Source: Acidimicrobiaceae bacterium
GTDB lineage: Bacteria; Actinomycetota; Acidimicrobiia; Acidimicrobiales; Poriferisodalaceae
NCBI GenBank assembly: GCA_002719335.1
Contig: PBHE01000002.1
Span: 20,612-84,611 of the forward strand
Reading direction: 5' to 3'
Length of the DNA: 64,000 nucleotides
Every line of letters starts with the position of its first letter. Position 1 is the first letter of the stretch. The position numbers and the translations under genes were made by a program. This document shows, in pieces, positions 17,659 through 27,935 of this stretch. The notes beneath the pieces are model-generated. The model was not told the DNA's origin. It worked only from the letters and a program-made list of their open reading frames with translations, and did not search any database.

Positions 17659-18861
17659 ATGGCAACGACCATTCAACGTGAGGGGCTACCCCATCGAGAA
17701 ATGCATGAGGTTCACCGGATTGGGCACGACGGCGCGGTTGACGCCGATGGCCACATCCTTGAACCTCCCGACTTGTGGGACGAGTATTTGGAGGCGAAAT
17801 ACAAGAATCGAGCTCTCCGGATCCGCGTTGACGAGAACGGCCTAGAAGAATTAGAGATCGGTGGTCAGCGGAGCACCATGAGCAGAAGAGGCTTCCCTGC
17901 GACCTTGGGGGCGATGGGAGCCGCCGATTTGGCAGACATCCAACGCAACCCCGATCGCACGTATCTCCACGAAGCTCCGTTCGGCTCTATGGATCCGCGC
18001 CAACGGCTTGAGGTTCTTGACGCGGAAAATCTTGACGCGGCGATCATTTACACCACCGTGGGTTTGCTGTGGGAGGCGGAGTTAGAAGATCCAGAATTAA
18101 GTCAGGCTTACACGCGGGCTTACAACCGGTGGGTGGTTGATTTCTGTCGCGATAGTGGAAATCGTCTCATCCCAACTGCACATCTTTCTTTGAGCGATCC
18201 TGCCGCTGCTGCCTTAGAACTCCGAAGGGCCGTGAAAGACGGAGCTAAGGGCTGTTATGTGGCTCCCTTTACCCATGGAGCGATCCCGCTCGGGCACCCC
18301 GATAATGACGCTGTGTTTGCGACAGCACAAGAGCTGGGGGTTCCTTTCGCGATACACCCGACGTTTGAGCCTCAGTGGACCAAGGGCGCGAGAATGGGTA
18401 CCTGGGAGCATGTTAAACAGCTCCGGCTCACCGCCTCTGTGACTGCTTCTGACGGTGTGCGTCACCAATTCACGACGATGTTCGATTACGGAGTGTTCGA
18501 CAAGTTCCCGGAATTGAAGGTTTTGGTGCTCGAATCTGGGGGCGGATGGATCGGCTATTGGCTGGATCGAATCGATGCTGTCTACGCTCACACTTTCGTG
18601 GGAACGCGAGTCCCGCTTGAGATGAAACCAAGTGAGTACTTCATGCGGCAGGTGTGGATCAGTTGCGATCCCGACGAGCGGACCATTCCCTCGCTCGCTC
18701 AGCGATTTGGTTACGACCGATTTTTGTGGGCGTCCGACTTTCCTCATGCCGACCACACACCTGAGTACGTTCATGATCTGAATGATTTGGTTGCGATGTT
18801 CCCCGTTGAACACCGCCGTGCGTTTATCGGTGATAACGCTCGGAATCTGTTTGGAATTTAG
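17659..18861 (+). CDS. amidohydrolase-2 family protein (ACMSD/LigW-like metal-dependent hydrolase/decarboxylase)
   Basis: It has DADGHILEPPDLWDEYL at the N-terminus and WASDFPHADH near the C-terminus. The SD GAGGAGG lies upstream. Confidence 0.75.
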   Translation: MATTIQREGLPHREMHEVHRIGHDGAVDADGHILEPPDLWDEYLEAKYKNRALRIRVDENGLEELEIGGQRSTMSRRGFPATLGAMGAADLADIQRNPDRTYLHEAPFGSMDPRQRLEVLDAENLDAAIIYTTVGLLWEAELEDPELSQAYTRAYNRWVVDFCRDSGNRLIPTAHLSLSDPAAAALELRRAVKDGAKGCYVAPFTHGAIPLGHPDNDAVFATAQELGVPFAIHPTFEPQWTKGARMGTWEHVKQLRLTASVTASDGVRHQFTTMFDYGVFDKFPELKVLVLESGGGWIGYWLDRIDAVYAHTFVGTRVPLEMKPSEYFMRQVWISCDPDERTIPSLAQRFGYDRFLWASDFPHADHTPEYVHDLNDLVAMFPVEHRRAFIGDNARNLFGI

Positions 18862-18863
18862 AA

Positions 18864-19982
18864 CTAGGAAGGTCGGCAGGAAACAACCAACACCCCCGAA
18901 CGCGCTTTGGGAAGAAAATACGTTGATTTGGGAGGCATGACACGCCCCAAATCAGCGCTATGAAATACATCTTCAAGTTCGGCCGGGGCTAGGCAAACAG
19001 TCACCGGCGCAGTTCGTCGCCCGGAGCCGGCTGGTCGGTAGGACAGCCGCTGGTCATCAGGGCTATGGATGCCAAAAAGTTCGGGAAGAAGTGTCACGTG
19101 AAGGAATTCGGCGTCGAGCCCGCTTATATCTCTTCGTTGAGCAGTAAACCATTTGTCTCCAAGTCCGAACCCCAACTCACCTTTTTCAGTTGGTTGTGCC
19201 AATGCCCGCGAAGCAACTTCACGAACGTCACACCATTTAGAAAGTAGGCCCACGACGCGCCGAGGTAAAATTGCAAGTTCGTCAACATCGCGGTCGAAGC
19301 TGCCTAGGTGCAACTCGGAGGGGGGAACGTACGCGACAAGGACCCGTTCAAATCGAGCTTCACTCGCGGCAGCCACTCGATGGTGACCATCGATGATGTA
19401 CAGCGGCGACGCAAGAGCGCCCATTTCGGTGTCTATTTCCCAGAGGGTGATTTGGGTCCCATCAATTGCCGTGAAATTTCTGATGGGAGACATGTGCCCA
19501 GATTCTTCGAAGGAACGAAGATCTACGTGCTCCTCACGCGAGGTGACTACCACCGGGCTCGACATCGAGCGCACCTGACGGAAATGAGCCGTCAGTGCGC
19601 GGACGCGACCCGGATGAACATCTTCGTGTGCATGCAGCATTTCTTCGCCGGGGTGTATCGCTCCGACAATCGAACGTTGAACAATTCCTTCAGTTTCGAT
19701 TTTTTGCAGGAATAGCTGGGATTCACCAGGTTCTGAATACGCGCCCTCTGAGATAAGACGGGTCAGCGCTGAAGCGCCCTCATTCGCGAGTCGACGATGT
19801 TCTGTCGGGTGCCCATGGCTGGCATCTGCTGAACGGGTGACGTGAAGAAATGAGTGCGGGTGGGCAGCCAAATGTTCTTGCCGTTCTTCGGCACTCAAGG
19901 AATCGTATGGGGGCGGAACGACTGATGGTCCCCAGTTTGCGTCAACTATCGACGCGTGAATCGAATGAATCACGTGGTTCAC
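18864..19982 (-). CDS. DUF1015-family protein
   Basis: It has the N-terminal VVPPPYDSLS and the signature IIDGHHR. Confidence 0.65.
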   Translation of the reverse strand: MNHVIHSIHASIVDANWGPSVVPPPYDSLSAEERQEHLAAHPHSFLHVTRSADASHGHPTEHRRLANEGASALTRLISEGAYSEPGESQLFLQKIETEGIVQRSIVGAIHPGEEMLHAHEDVHPGRVRALTAHFRQVRSMSSPVVVTSREEHVDLRSFEESGHMSPIRNFTAIDGTQITLWEIDTEMGALASPLYIIDGHHRVAAASEARFERVLVAYVPPSELHLGSFDRDVDELAILPRRVVGLLSKWCDVREVASRALAQPTEKGELGFGLGDKWFTAQRRDISGLDAEFLHVTLLPELFGIHSPDDQRLSYRPAGSGRRTAPVTVCLAPAELEDVFHSADLGRVMPPKSTYFLPKARSGVLVVSCRPS

Positions 19983-20000
19983 CCCCTAAGGCATTCGACG

Positions 20001-21257
20001 CTAGTCCAGGTTCCGAATGGTCGAAAACGCGAAATGGGTCCAACTGACTATTAATAGGGACACAGCACCACACACGGAGACCACGTTGCCGGGCCCCGCC
20101 AGAGAGGCAGCCCAACCAAGCCCAAGAGCACCGATGGGCATAAAGCCAAACTGCACGAGTAGGTAAAGGCCCATGACGCGACCCATTAGCTCTCGGGGTG
20201 TGGCCGATTGGATAAGCCCCTGGTTCATCGTGATGAAGAAGCCGCCGGCAAGCCCCATCAAGAAAAAGAGAGGCATTAGAACTTTGAACGAGGAAGCTTG
20301 GCCCATACAAATTACTAGAGCGGAACCACACATCATGGCTTGTTGAAATTTGCCACCCTTGCGTTTCATATCCCCTTTTCGCATAACAACAACTGATGTG
20401 ATTGCGATACCCACCGCCATGACCCCCAACAGGTAAGCCATGTCACCACTATCACGCAGAAGTTCTTCTTTGACCTTCGCTTGCATGGTGACCATTACCG
20501 CGGCGTTGACGCTGATTGAGGCAACGGCGAGCAGAAGGAAAAGGACACGTAGACGCAGGTCATTCACAACGTGACGCAACGCCGATGCAGCCTCCTGAAT
20601 CAATCGACGTTTCGGGCTCTCGGTAACAGGCGGGGTTTGTAAACGTCGGAGATAGAAAAGACCGACGATGAGCATCACGACCTGCAATCCGTAGACCCCT
20701 TCGAAATCAAATAGGTCGCCAGCAATCTTCACCAAGGGAGCCGAGAGGATCATGCTGGTGGTCATCGCCAGCGCGTTAAGCGCTACTGCATTCATGAGAA
20801 GGCGTTCTGGAACCAACAGTGGGATAAGTGCTTGGCGTACAGGTTGCCCGAACGCCTGAGCTACTCCAGAGAGGCCAGAAAGAATAAGCACCCATGAATA
20901 AGTGAGTTGATCTAAACCAAGCAAGATCAGAGTGGCAAGCACGACCAAAAGCAACCCCGCCTGACTGCGTATCAACAATGAGCGTCGGTCAACGCGGTCA
21001 GCTAGAGCCCCGGCTTGCATGACAATGAAGGCGACAGGAACACCCAACATGAATACCGCCATGCCTTGGCGGATTTCGTTACCCCCGAGTCCGTCCAGTA
21101 CGAGCCAGCCGATAGCGAAACGTTGGGCGTTGCTCACAAACATGTAGATCAAGTTGTTGATCCATAGCCGTCGGTAGTCAGGTAATGCGAGCGCGTTTTT
21201 CACTTCTTCGGGAGTCGCGTCATCCGATCGATCTCCACCCCGGGTGTTCGTCACCAA
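20001..21257 (-). CDS. MFS transporter
   Basis: It is 418 aa and highly hydrophobic, with about 12 predicted TM stretches. The loop motif ALADRVDRR lies between TM2 and TM3. Confidence 0.8.
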   Translation of the reverse strand: MVTNTRGGDRSDDATPEEVKNALALPDYRRLWINNLIYMFVSNAQRFAIGWLVLDGLGGNEIRQGMAVFMLGVPVAFIVMQAGALADRVDRRSLLIRSQAGLLLVVLATLILLGLDQLTYSWVLILSGLSGVAQAFGQPVRQALIPLLVPERLLMNAVALNALAMTTSMILSAPLVKIAGDLFDFEGVYGLQVVMLIVGLFYLRRLQTPPVTESPKRRLIQEAASALRHVVNDLRLRVLFLLLAVASISVNAAVMVTMQAKVKEELLRDSGDMAYLLGVMAVGIAITSVVVMRKGDMKRKGGKFQQAMMCGSALVICMGQASSFKVLMPLFFLMGLAGGFFITMNQGLIQSATPRELMGRVMGLYLLVQFGFMPIGALGLGWAASLAGPGNVVSVCGAVSLLIVSWTHFAFSTIRNLD

Positions 21258-21318
21258 CGGAGTTTGGCTGGTTTGCGAAGCTCGTACCTCATTCGCCCTA
21301 GTTTCATTTCAGACACTT

Positions 21319-22113
21319 TCATCTCAAGTGTTCTGGCCGCGGGTCAGCCAAGCGGCCTAACGGGGATTGTGCCCGGAGACCACCATCAACAACTATCGCT
21401 TCGCCGGTGACGAATGAAGACTCATCGCTGGCAAGCCAGGCGGCGACGTTGGCGATCTCTTCCGGGCGTCCCAATCGTCCCATGGCATGGGCTCGCAAAT
21501 TCGCCGCCAACACCGTTGGGTCTGTCATCATCCTTTGCACCGGCGGAGTTTCGATCGTTCCCGGACAAATTGCGTTGACGCGAATGCCGTCTGCCGCGTG
21601 ATCCGTACTCATTGCTCGGGTCAAATTGATGACCGCTGCTTTACTCGCCGCGTAGGAGACTGCTCCGCCGTCCCCATGTAATCCTGAGATCGAGGCGGTG
21701 TTAATGATTGAGCCGCCGCCAGAGTCAAGCATGACCGGAATCGCATATTTGCCGCCCAGGTAGACGGACCGAACGTTGACACCCATTACGAGATCCCAAT
21801 CATCAACATCGAGTTCTACGACTGTCCCAGGTCTCAGCGTTCCCGCGTTATTGAACATGACATCTAGGCGACCCATACGTGAAACAGTGATGTCAACTAA
21901 ATCAGCAACCGACTCTGACTTTGAGACATCTACCTCGACTGCAATCGCGTGTCCACCATTCTCATTGATCCTTCCCGCGACGGCTTCAGCTTTCCTCAAG
22001 CGCAGATCTGCAACCACGACAGCGGCTCCTTCTCGCGAGAAGCGGTGCGAGGTGGCTTCACCAATTCCAGATCCTCCGCCAGTTACGATCGTCACTTTGT
22101 CGTTTAAAAGCAT
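21319..22113 (-). CDS. SDR-family oxidoreductase
   Basis: It has TGGGSGIGEA, NNAG and YAASKAAV motifs. Confidence 0.85.
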   Translation of the reverse strand: MLLNDKVTIVTGGGSGIGEATSHRFSREGAAVVVADLRLRKAEAVAGRINENGGHAIAVEVDVSKSESVADLVDITVSRMGRLDVMFNNAGTLRPGTVVELDVDDWDLVMGVNVRSVYLGGKYAIPVMLDSGGGSIINTASISGLHGDGGAVSYAASKAAVINLTRAMSTDHAADGIRVNAICPGTIETPPVQRMMTDPTVLAANLRAHAMGRLGRPEEIANVAAWLASDESSFVTGEAIVVDGGLRAQSPLGRLADPRPEHLR

Positions 22114-22196
22114 TGCTCCCCCGTGTGAGTTGAGACGGCGCGAATCTAGTTTGACTAGGGTCAGTCGTGCGCAGAGCTAAGACCAGGAGTCGTGCT

Positions 22197-23090
22197 ATGG
22201 CAAGTCCCGAATACCACCGAATCCGCGACATCATCGCATCGCGACTCGTTCACAGCGACCGCCCCATAAATGTCGAGAAGTTCAGAGCAAACCAGGATGC
22301 AACAGCACGAGCCCTGCCCAATCAGGTAGTCGGCAGCATGGTTGATGCAGCTGGGGTTCCAGCGGAGATGCAAAAGCCTGATGGAGCGACCGACGAGAAT
22401 CTAATCGTTTACTTTCACGGCGGCGGATATGTCGGGGGCTCGATTGCCAGTCACCGAAACTTGACGGGTCATCTCGCCCTGCATTCCGGATGTCGGGTGC
22501 TGTCAGTCGAGTACCGACTCGCTCCGGAGCATCCTCATCCCGCCGCGGTCGAGGACGCTGTTACGTCCTATAAGTGGGCGGTCGCTCAGGGCTATGAGCC
22601 AGGAAAGATCGCGCTCGCTGGCGATTCAGCTGGAGGGGGTCTTACCGCGGCGTGTCTCCTTGCGCTTCGCGATCAAGACATTCAGCCTCCGGCGGCAGCA
22701 ATGATGATTTCTCCTTGGTTAGACATGGGTTTCACCGGCAAAAGCATGGTGGCGAATGAAGGACATGATTCCTCGATCTCAGCGATGGGAATGCCCAGAA
22801 TACGAGAACTATTTCTTGGCGACGCTCCGATCAATGACCCGCTTGCTTCACCACTCGATGCAGATCTTGAAGGTCTCCCTCCTCTTCTAATCCAAGTTGG
22901 TGACGAGGAGGTGCTTTTGTCTGACAGCCAGCGGTTCGCTGAAAAGGCTAACGACGCGGGAGTGCACGTGGAATTACGAGTGTGGCCGGAGATGTTTCAC
23001 GTGTGGCACGCGTGCGTGGGCTTATTCCAGGAGGCCGCAGATGCGATCGACGAAATGGTCGAATTTGTGAAGCCGCGGGTACAGCTTTAA
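22197..23090 (+). CDS. alpha/beta hydrolase, hormone-sensitive-lipase-like esterase
   Basis: It has the oxyanion motif HGGGY and the nucleophile motif GDSAGG. The ATG at 22197 is preceded by AGGAG. Confidence 0.8.
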   Translation: MASPEYHRIRDIIASRLVHSDRPINVEKFRANQDATARALPNQVVGSMVDAAGVPAEMQKPDGATDENLIVYFHGGGYVGGSIASHRNLTGHLALHSGCRVLSVEYRLAPEHPHPAAVEDAVTSYKWAVAQGYEPGKIALAGDSAGGGLTAACLLALRDQDIQPPAAAMMISPWLDMGFTGKSMVANEGHDSSISAMGMPRIRELFLGDAPINDPLASPLDADLEGLPPLLIQVGDEEVLLSDSQRFAEKANDAGVHVELRVWPEMFHVWHACVGLFQEAADAIDEMVEFVKPRVQL

Positions 23091-23119
23091 GGATCTACCC
23101 ACAGTTTGAGGTCAAGGAA

Positions 23120-25399
23120 CTACCTTGGTGGTTCGGTGCGAACGATTCCTTGTTCCAAGAGCGCGTCGTACTTCGAACGACTTAGCTCGGCGAGTTCAAG
23201 GAAGGCGTATTCATTGTGCTCGCCCATTGTCGCTGCGGCCCTACGCATAGTGGCGGGAGTCAGTTCCAGCCGAGCTGCGAAGCGCGGCCACACGTGTGTA
23301 CCTGCCTCTGGGTGGGTAAGAGGGACGAAGAACGCAAGGCTTTCTAACTGGGGGTCATTGACAACATCGGCCGCGTCGAACACCGCCCCCGCAGGCACTC
23401 CCGCGTTCTGCAAGACCATCATTAGCGAATGATCCTCTTGGCTAGCTGTGAACGAGGACAGTCGATCGTCTAGTTCGTCGTGACGTTCCCACCTTTGGTC
23501 AGCATCGAGTTTTCGGAGGTCGTTCCAACCAGCGACTCCACACAGACCCATCCAGGAAGCGTCGTCTACAACAGAGATCGCAATCCACCGATCTTCACCT
23601 TTGCAGGGATACACGCCTTGAGGGGCGCGCCCGGGGCGACGGTTACCCCACCTACTGCTGGGGGCGCCAAGCTGGGACGCAACGACATGCTGACCGATCA
23701 TGTTGATCGCCGTCTCTACCTGCGCAACCTCAACAGTTTGGCCCGTTATCCCACAACACTGCCGATCAAGCAGCGCAACAATGGTTGCAGCAGCAGCGTG
23801 CATGCCGGCTGTGGGATCAGGCCACGCAATGCCGCATTTCCATGGGATTTCGTTCCGGTACCCCGTCAACCATGTATGACCCGCATGTCCATCAATCGTT
23901 GGACCGTATGCAACCCAGTCCTTATTTGGACCCGATCTGCCGTAACCGGGCATCGTTACGTAGGTCAGATCTGGGTTGAGTGCCCTGAGGGCTTCGCCGC
24001 TTAAGCCGAAGTTTGGCATTACTCGAGGGGCATAATTCTCGATGACTACATCAACTTTCGGAACTAACGCAGCGAAAAGTTCTCTTCCGGCCTCTTTGTC
24101 TAATTCGATGACGGCGGACAGCTTGTTATTCGCGTATTTATTGTGAAAACCATTGCGGTTCCATGGGCAATCTCCAGCTTCATCCTCTGGAAAAAAGTGC
24201 GTCGAATCGACAAGGGCTCGAGGAACTTCGCGTGGTGTGCGCGTCCACGGAACTTCGGTCATTAGGACCTCAGCCCCCAAGTCAGCGAGGATTCGCGCGG
24301 CAAGCGGCCCCGCCCAAACACGCGTCATATCTAATACCCGAATCCCACTGAGTGGTCCGTCCTTCAGTCGGTCGAGCGGTTCTTCCGCCGACGAGAAAGA
24401 CCCATGCTTTTGTTTTGGCCGAATCGACCAACTGTGATCACTAATTTGGAAAGGGGGCCCAGGCACGCGCACCCCATCAGCATCTAATTCCCAGAAATCA
24501 CGATCCTCCAGATGCGGATCAGTTAACAGATCCTCCATAGTTGCGATGGGTGCCACCGGGAGTCGTAGAGCTTGAAAGAGTCCAACCAGATCAGCTCGCG
24601 GCTGCGTTCTCAGGTAGGGAATGAGTTCTCCGTCGAGCAGCTCTTGATTGGTCATGACGTCGTAGATCGTGTCAATTCCCTCATGGTTAAGGAGATGAGC
24701 GAGACCTGCAACTTCCAAGAGTCGCTCCATCTGGTCACTTTGGCTGATAGCTAACCCGATCCATCCATCGGCACATTCGTAAGCACCAATCGGAGTTCCA
24801 GGGCCGCTGTACCGATTCCCCATTCGATTCAGAATCGCACCGTTGTGGGTGTAACGGAGGAGGCTGAACTGGTGCAGGGCAGCAACGGCTTCTTGATGGG
24901 AGGTCTCAACTATTTGACCGTGGCCGGTCCGAGCTCTCGCCATCAGCGCAGCTAACGCACCAATAAATCCCGTGACCCCTGATGCCATGTGAACGAGATC
25001 AGGGACGCCGCTGAGTGGTTCGCGTGTCGGGCTGCCACTCAACCGCAAATGTCCCGCAATGGCGGCATCTACGAGATCCGTTGATCGCCATGTTGCGTAT
25101 GGGCCTGACAACGCGAACGGGGAGATTCGGAGAACAATTTGTTGAGGATGCGATGGTTCGTACACCGACCCAATCGGATTGGTGGTACTTGATTGGATAA
25201 TGATGTCTGCCTCACCGAGTAAGCCAGGACCACTTCTGTGTTTGGAGGTGTGAAAAAAACTGCTCCCTGGAATCGGTGGGCCTTCGCCAACGACATGAAC
25301 TTCGCTCCCGTAGTCGGCGAAAAGTTTTCCTGCGTATGCACCTGCAACCGAGTCCCCTATTTCCATCACAAGCAGCGACTCCAGGGCCGTGTGGGTCAT
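23120..25399 (-). CDS. tandem (two-domain) family III CoA-transferase (CaiB/BaiF-type) fusion protein
   Basis: It is 759 aa. The second half starts with the canonical GIRVLDMTRVWAGPLAARILADLGAEV. The first half is a divergent copy. The ATG overlaps the upstream gene's TGA (ATGA). Confidence 0.8.
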   Translation of the reverse strand: MTHTALESLLVMEIGDSVAGAYAGKLFADYGSEVHVVGEGPPIPGSSFFHTSKHRSGPGLLGEADIIIQSSTTNPIGSVYEPSHPQQIVLRISPFALSGPYATWRSTDLVDAAIAGHLRLSGSPTREPLSGVPDLVHMASGVTGFIGALAALMARARTGHGQIVETSHQEAVAALHQFSLLRYTHNGAILNRMGNRYSGPGTPIGAYECADGWIGLAISQSDQMERLLEVAGLAHLLNHEGIDTIYDVMTNQELLDGELIPYLRTQPRADLVGLFQALRLPVAPIATMEDLLTDPHLEDRDFWELDADGVRVPGPPFQISDHSWSIRPKQKHGSFSSAEEPLDRLKDGPLSGIRVLDMTRVWAGPLAARILADLGAEVLMTEVPWTRTPREVPRALVDSTHFFPEDEAGDCPWNRNGFHNKYANNKLSAVIELDKEAGRELFAALVPKVDVVIENYAPRVMPNFGLSGEALRALNPDLTYVTMPGYGRSGPNKDWVAYGPTIDGHAGHTWLTGYRNEIPWKCGIAWPDPTAGMHAAAATIVALLDRQCCGITGQTVEVAQVETAINMIGQHVVASQLGAPSSRWGNRRPGRAPQGVYPCKGEDRWIAISVVDDASWMGLCGVAGWNDLRKLDADQRWERHDELDDRLSSFTASQEDHSLMMVLQNAGVPAGAVFDAADVVNDPQLESLAFFVPLTHPEAGTHVWPRFAARLELTPATMRRAAATMGEHNEYAFLELAELSRSKYDALLEQGIVRTEPPR

Positions 25400-26592
25400 G
25401 GAATCGCTCCCAAGTCCTTCAGATCCTCGATCTCAACCCAATCGAAGCCGAGCTCAAGTAGGACTAGTTCGGTGTGTTCGCCTAGCAGCGGAGCTGCGCT
25501 GCGAGCGGCCCAATCTGTTTTCGAAAAGTCGACTGGTGACGCGACCATTTCGACCGTTTCTCCATCCCCTGTCGGAACTTGGATCCAACACCCAGCGGCT
25601 CGACTTTGCGGGTCGTGCAATAATTCCAAACTGGATTGCACAGGCGCCCACCAGACATTTTTTGCATCAAAAATTCGACCCCACTCTTCTCTCTCTTTAG
25701 TCGCAAGAACGGCGTCGATCTCAGCGGTCAACGCTGCGGTGTTTTCCATGCGGCTTTCAATGGTCAAAAAACGTTGATCATTGAGCCAGCCGTCGACTTC
25801 TAGGGCATCCACGACTTGAGGCCAGTGTCGTTCGCCTTCAAGACCGAGCATCCACAACCACTTTCCGTCGGCGCACCGATAGCAATTAATGAGCGGGTTG
25901 GGCTGCTCATCTCTGCTCCTCACCACTACGTCTTCACCGCTGGTTGCCGTGACATTGTGGTCCCAACCAAGCATGTATGTTCCGGTACGCATTAAAGAAG
26001 CCTCGACGAGTTGACCTTGCCCTGTTTTCTCTCGGTGAAATAGCGCGGCTGATACCCCGGCGGCGGCGGCTAGCCCAGTCATGTGATCACCCATCCCACC
26101 TCGTTGCACCGGAGGAGTATCGCCTCCCGAACTCAGTGCGTGGGCGAGGCCTGAACGCGACCAAAACGCTCCAAGGTCGTAGGCCTGTCGATCAGCCTCA
26201 TCCCCTCGGAGAGACATACCGGTAACACTCGCGTATACGAGTCGGGAATAGCGGCTCCCTAATGTTTCATAGTCCAAGCCAAGGCGCTGAAGACCTCCCG
26301 GACGATAATTGGTGAGGAACACATCGGCTTCTTTGAGAAGGCGATGCATTACTTCCAATCCTGCTTCGGTCCGAAGATTAAGCGCCAGGCTGCTTTTTCC
26401 TCTGTTGTCCAACTCAAACGGTGGATTGACGTCGTCACCGTATAACCATCCGAGTCCCCGAAACGGGTCTCCTTCATGCGGTTCAATTTTGATGACCTCG
26501 GCGCCCCAGTCGGCGAGGATTCCTCCACATGCTGGACCAGCGACCCACAGTCCTAATTCGACCACTCGTATTCCATGCATCGGCCCAGACAT
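25396..26592 (-). CDS. family III CoA-transferase (CaiB/BaiF)
   Basis: It has GIRVVELGLWVAGPACGGILADWGAEVIKIEP and AYDLGAFWSRSG (with the catalytic Asp), and is 398 aa. Confidence 0.85.
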   Translation of the reverse strand: MSGPMHGIRVVELGLWVAGPACGGILADWGAEVIKIEPHEGDPFRGLGWLYGDDVNPPFELDNRGKSSLALNLRTEAGLEVMHRLLKEADVFLTNYRPGGLQRLGLDYETLGSRYSRLVYASVTGMSLRGDEADRQAYDLGAFWSRSGLAHALSSGGDTPPVQRGGMGDHMTGLAAAAGVSAALFHREKTGQGQLVEASLMRTGTYMLGWDHNVTATSGEDVVVRSRDEQPNPLINCYRCADGKWLWMLGLEGERHWPQVVDALEVDGWLNDQRFLTIESRMENTAALTAEIDAVLATKEREEWGRIFDAKNVWWAPVQSSLELLHDPQSRAAGCWIQVPTGDGETVEMVASPVDFSKTDWAARSAAPLLGEHTELVLLELGFDWVEIEDLKDLGAIP

Positions 26593-26625
26593 TTCGCCAC
26601 TCTCCTTCCCGGCGCGGGAGGATAG

Positions 26626-27930
26626 TCAGTCCCCGGCAACCAGGGGTCGGTACCCAGCGTCGCTAGCGATAACCAACATGTCCGCCGCGAGACCCGGCGT
26701 TATCATCGACACGGCAGCCATGTGTCGCGCTAAGTCTTCAGTAACGACCTCATGACTACCTAGAGAGCGGTTGGTTGAAGCTTCGATCCACTCTTCGGGA
26801 TCCGCAGGGACCACGGGTGAATCTGAGGAGAGAGTGACGTTGATATCTCGTTCGATGAGCGATCCGAGTGGCCACAACCATTCGTGTTCCGCTGCTGATA
26901 GTTCCGTGAGGTATTTAGCCAACCGACGAGAGAGGAATGAAGGTTGTGTGCAAACCGAGACTCCTAGCTCGCGTATGCGATCTAACTGCTCCGGCAGCGC
27001 CAAGGAACAGTGTTCGAGTCGGTCAGGGGTAACCACGGTTGAGCTAGATGCCCCTAAGGCTTGCAATGCTTCTTCCAAGACATCGATGTCCATGACGTGA
27101 ATCGCTACAGGAAAGCCTGCTTCGTGAGCACCTCGGACAAGTTGATGAAGTTCTGTCTCGCCCGCGATGCCTGGCATCACCTTTGCGTGCCCGACCTTTA
27201 TACCGAAACGGGTTTGGTCATATTGCAGCCCATCAAGTCGATCTGCGCCCACCATTGCAGTGATGCGGGGAGCACCAGCCAGCTCGCTGATTTCTCCTAA
27301 CACCCCGATCGCGCCTAGATCATTGGTATGGGTCGCGTCCGTAACGGCCACGAGGCCGTTACGGCGCCACTCACTAAATAGCTCCTGCGCCGCAATGGTG
27401 AGATCTGCTGGCGCAAGTCTCGGTGTTCGAACCAAAATGTCTTGCCGCTCTACCAGAATCCCGTCTTCAAGGCTTTGAATTCCTAAAGCCCTCGCCGCGG
27501 CTGTATTAACTACAGCAACATGTCCGGTCAGGTCATGCAAAACAGCGGGCACGTTTCGTGTAACTCGATCAAGGTCGCCAGAAGTGGGGTGACGTTTCTC
27601 GGCCAGAAAACTCGCGTCGTACCCCCATGCTCGTATCCACCCGTTATCTCCAGCCGGAGCATCACGCAGACGTTCCAACAGATGTTCAATTGAATCCGAA
27701 TGTGACAAGTCGAATGAGCAGCGACTCGCAAATGTGGAGAGAAGGTGGACGTGATCGTCGCGCCATCCAGGCTGAAGCGTGTCCCCCGGATCAAGTTCGA
27801 GGGTGTCGAAATCCGCGCGAATGTCTGAATCGACCGCGTCAACTACTCCGTCGCGCAGCAAAACATTGGATGCGACTGGGTGGGTGGGATCAAGCGTATG
27901 AACCCGTCCTCTTACGAGGAGCCGGGTCAT
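26626..27930 (-). CDS. amidohydrolase (amidohydrolase-3/YtcJ-like metal-dependent hydrolase)
   Basis: The N-terminal beta-sandwich is followed by PGWRDDHVHL and later conserved His/Asp positions. It is 434 aa. Confidence 0.65.
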   Translation of the reverse strand: MTRLLVRGRVHTLDPTHPVASNVLLRDGVVDAVDSDIRADFDTLELDPGDTLQPGWRDDHVHLLSTFASRCSFDLSHSDSIEHLLERLRDAPAGDNGWIRAWGYDASFLAEKRHPTSGDLDRVTRNVPAVLHDLTGHVAVVNTAAARALGIQSLEDGILVERQDILVRTPRLAPADLTIAAQELFSEWRRNGLVAVTDATHTNDLGAIGVLGEISELAGAPRITAMVGADRLDGLQYDQTRFGIKVGHAKVMPGIAGETELHQLVRGAHEAGFPVAIHVMDIDVLEEALQALGASSSTVVTPDRLEHCSLALPEQLDRIRELGVSVCTQPSFLSRRLAKYLTELSAAEHEWLWPLGSLIERDINVTLSSDSPVVPADPEEWIEASTNRSLGSHEVVTEDLARHMAAVSMITPGLAADMLVIASDAGYRPLVAGD

Positions 27931-27935
27931 TGCGG

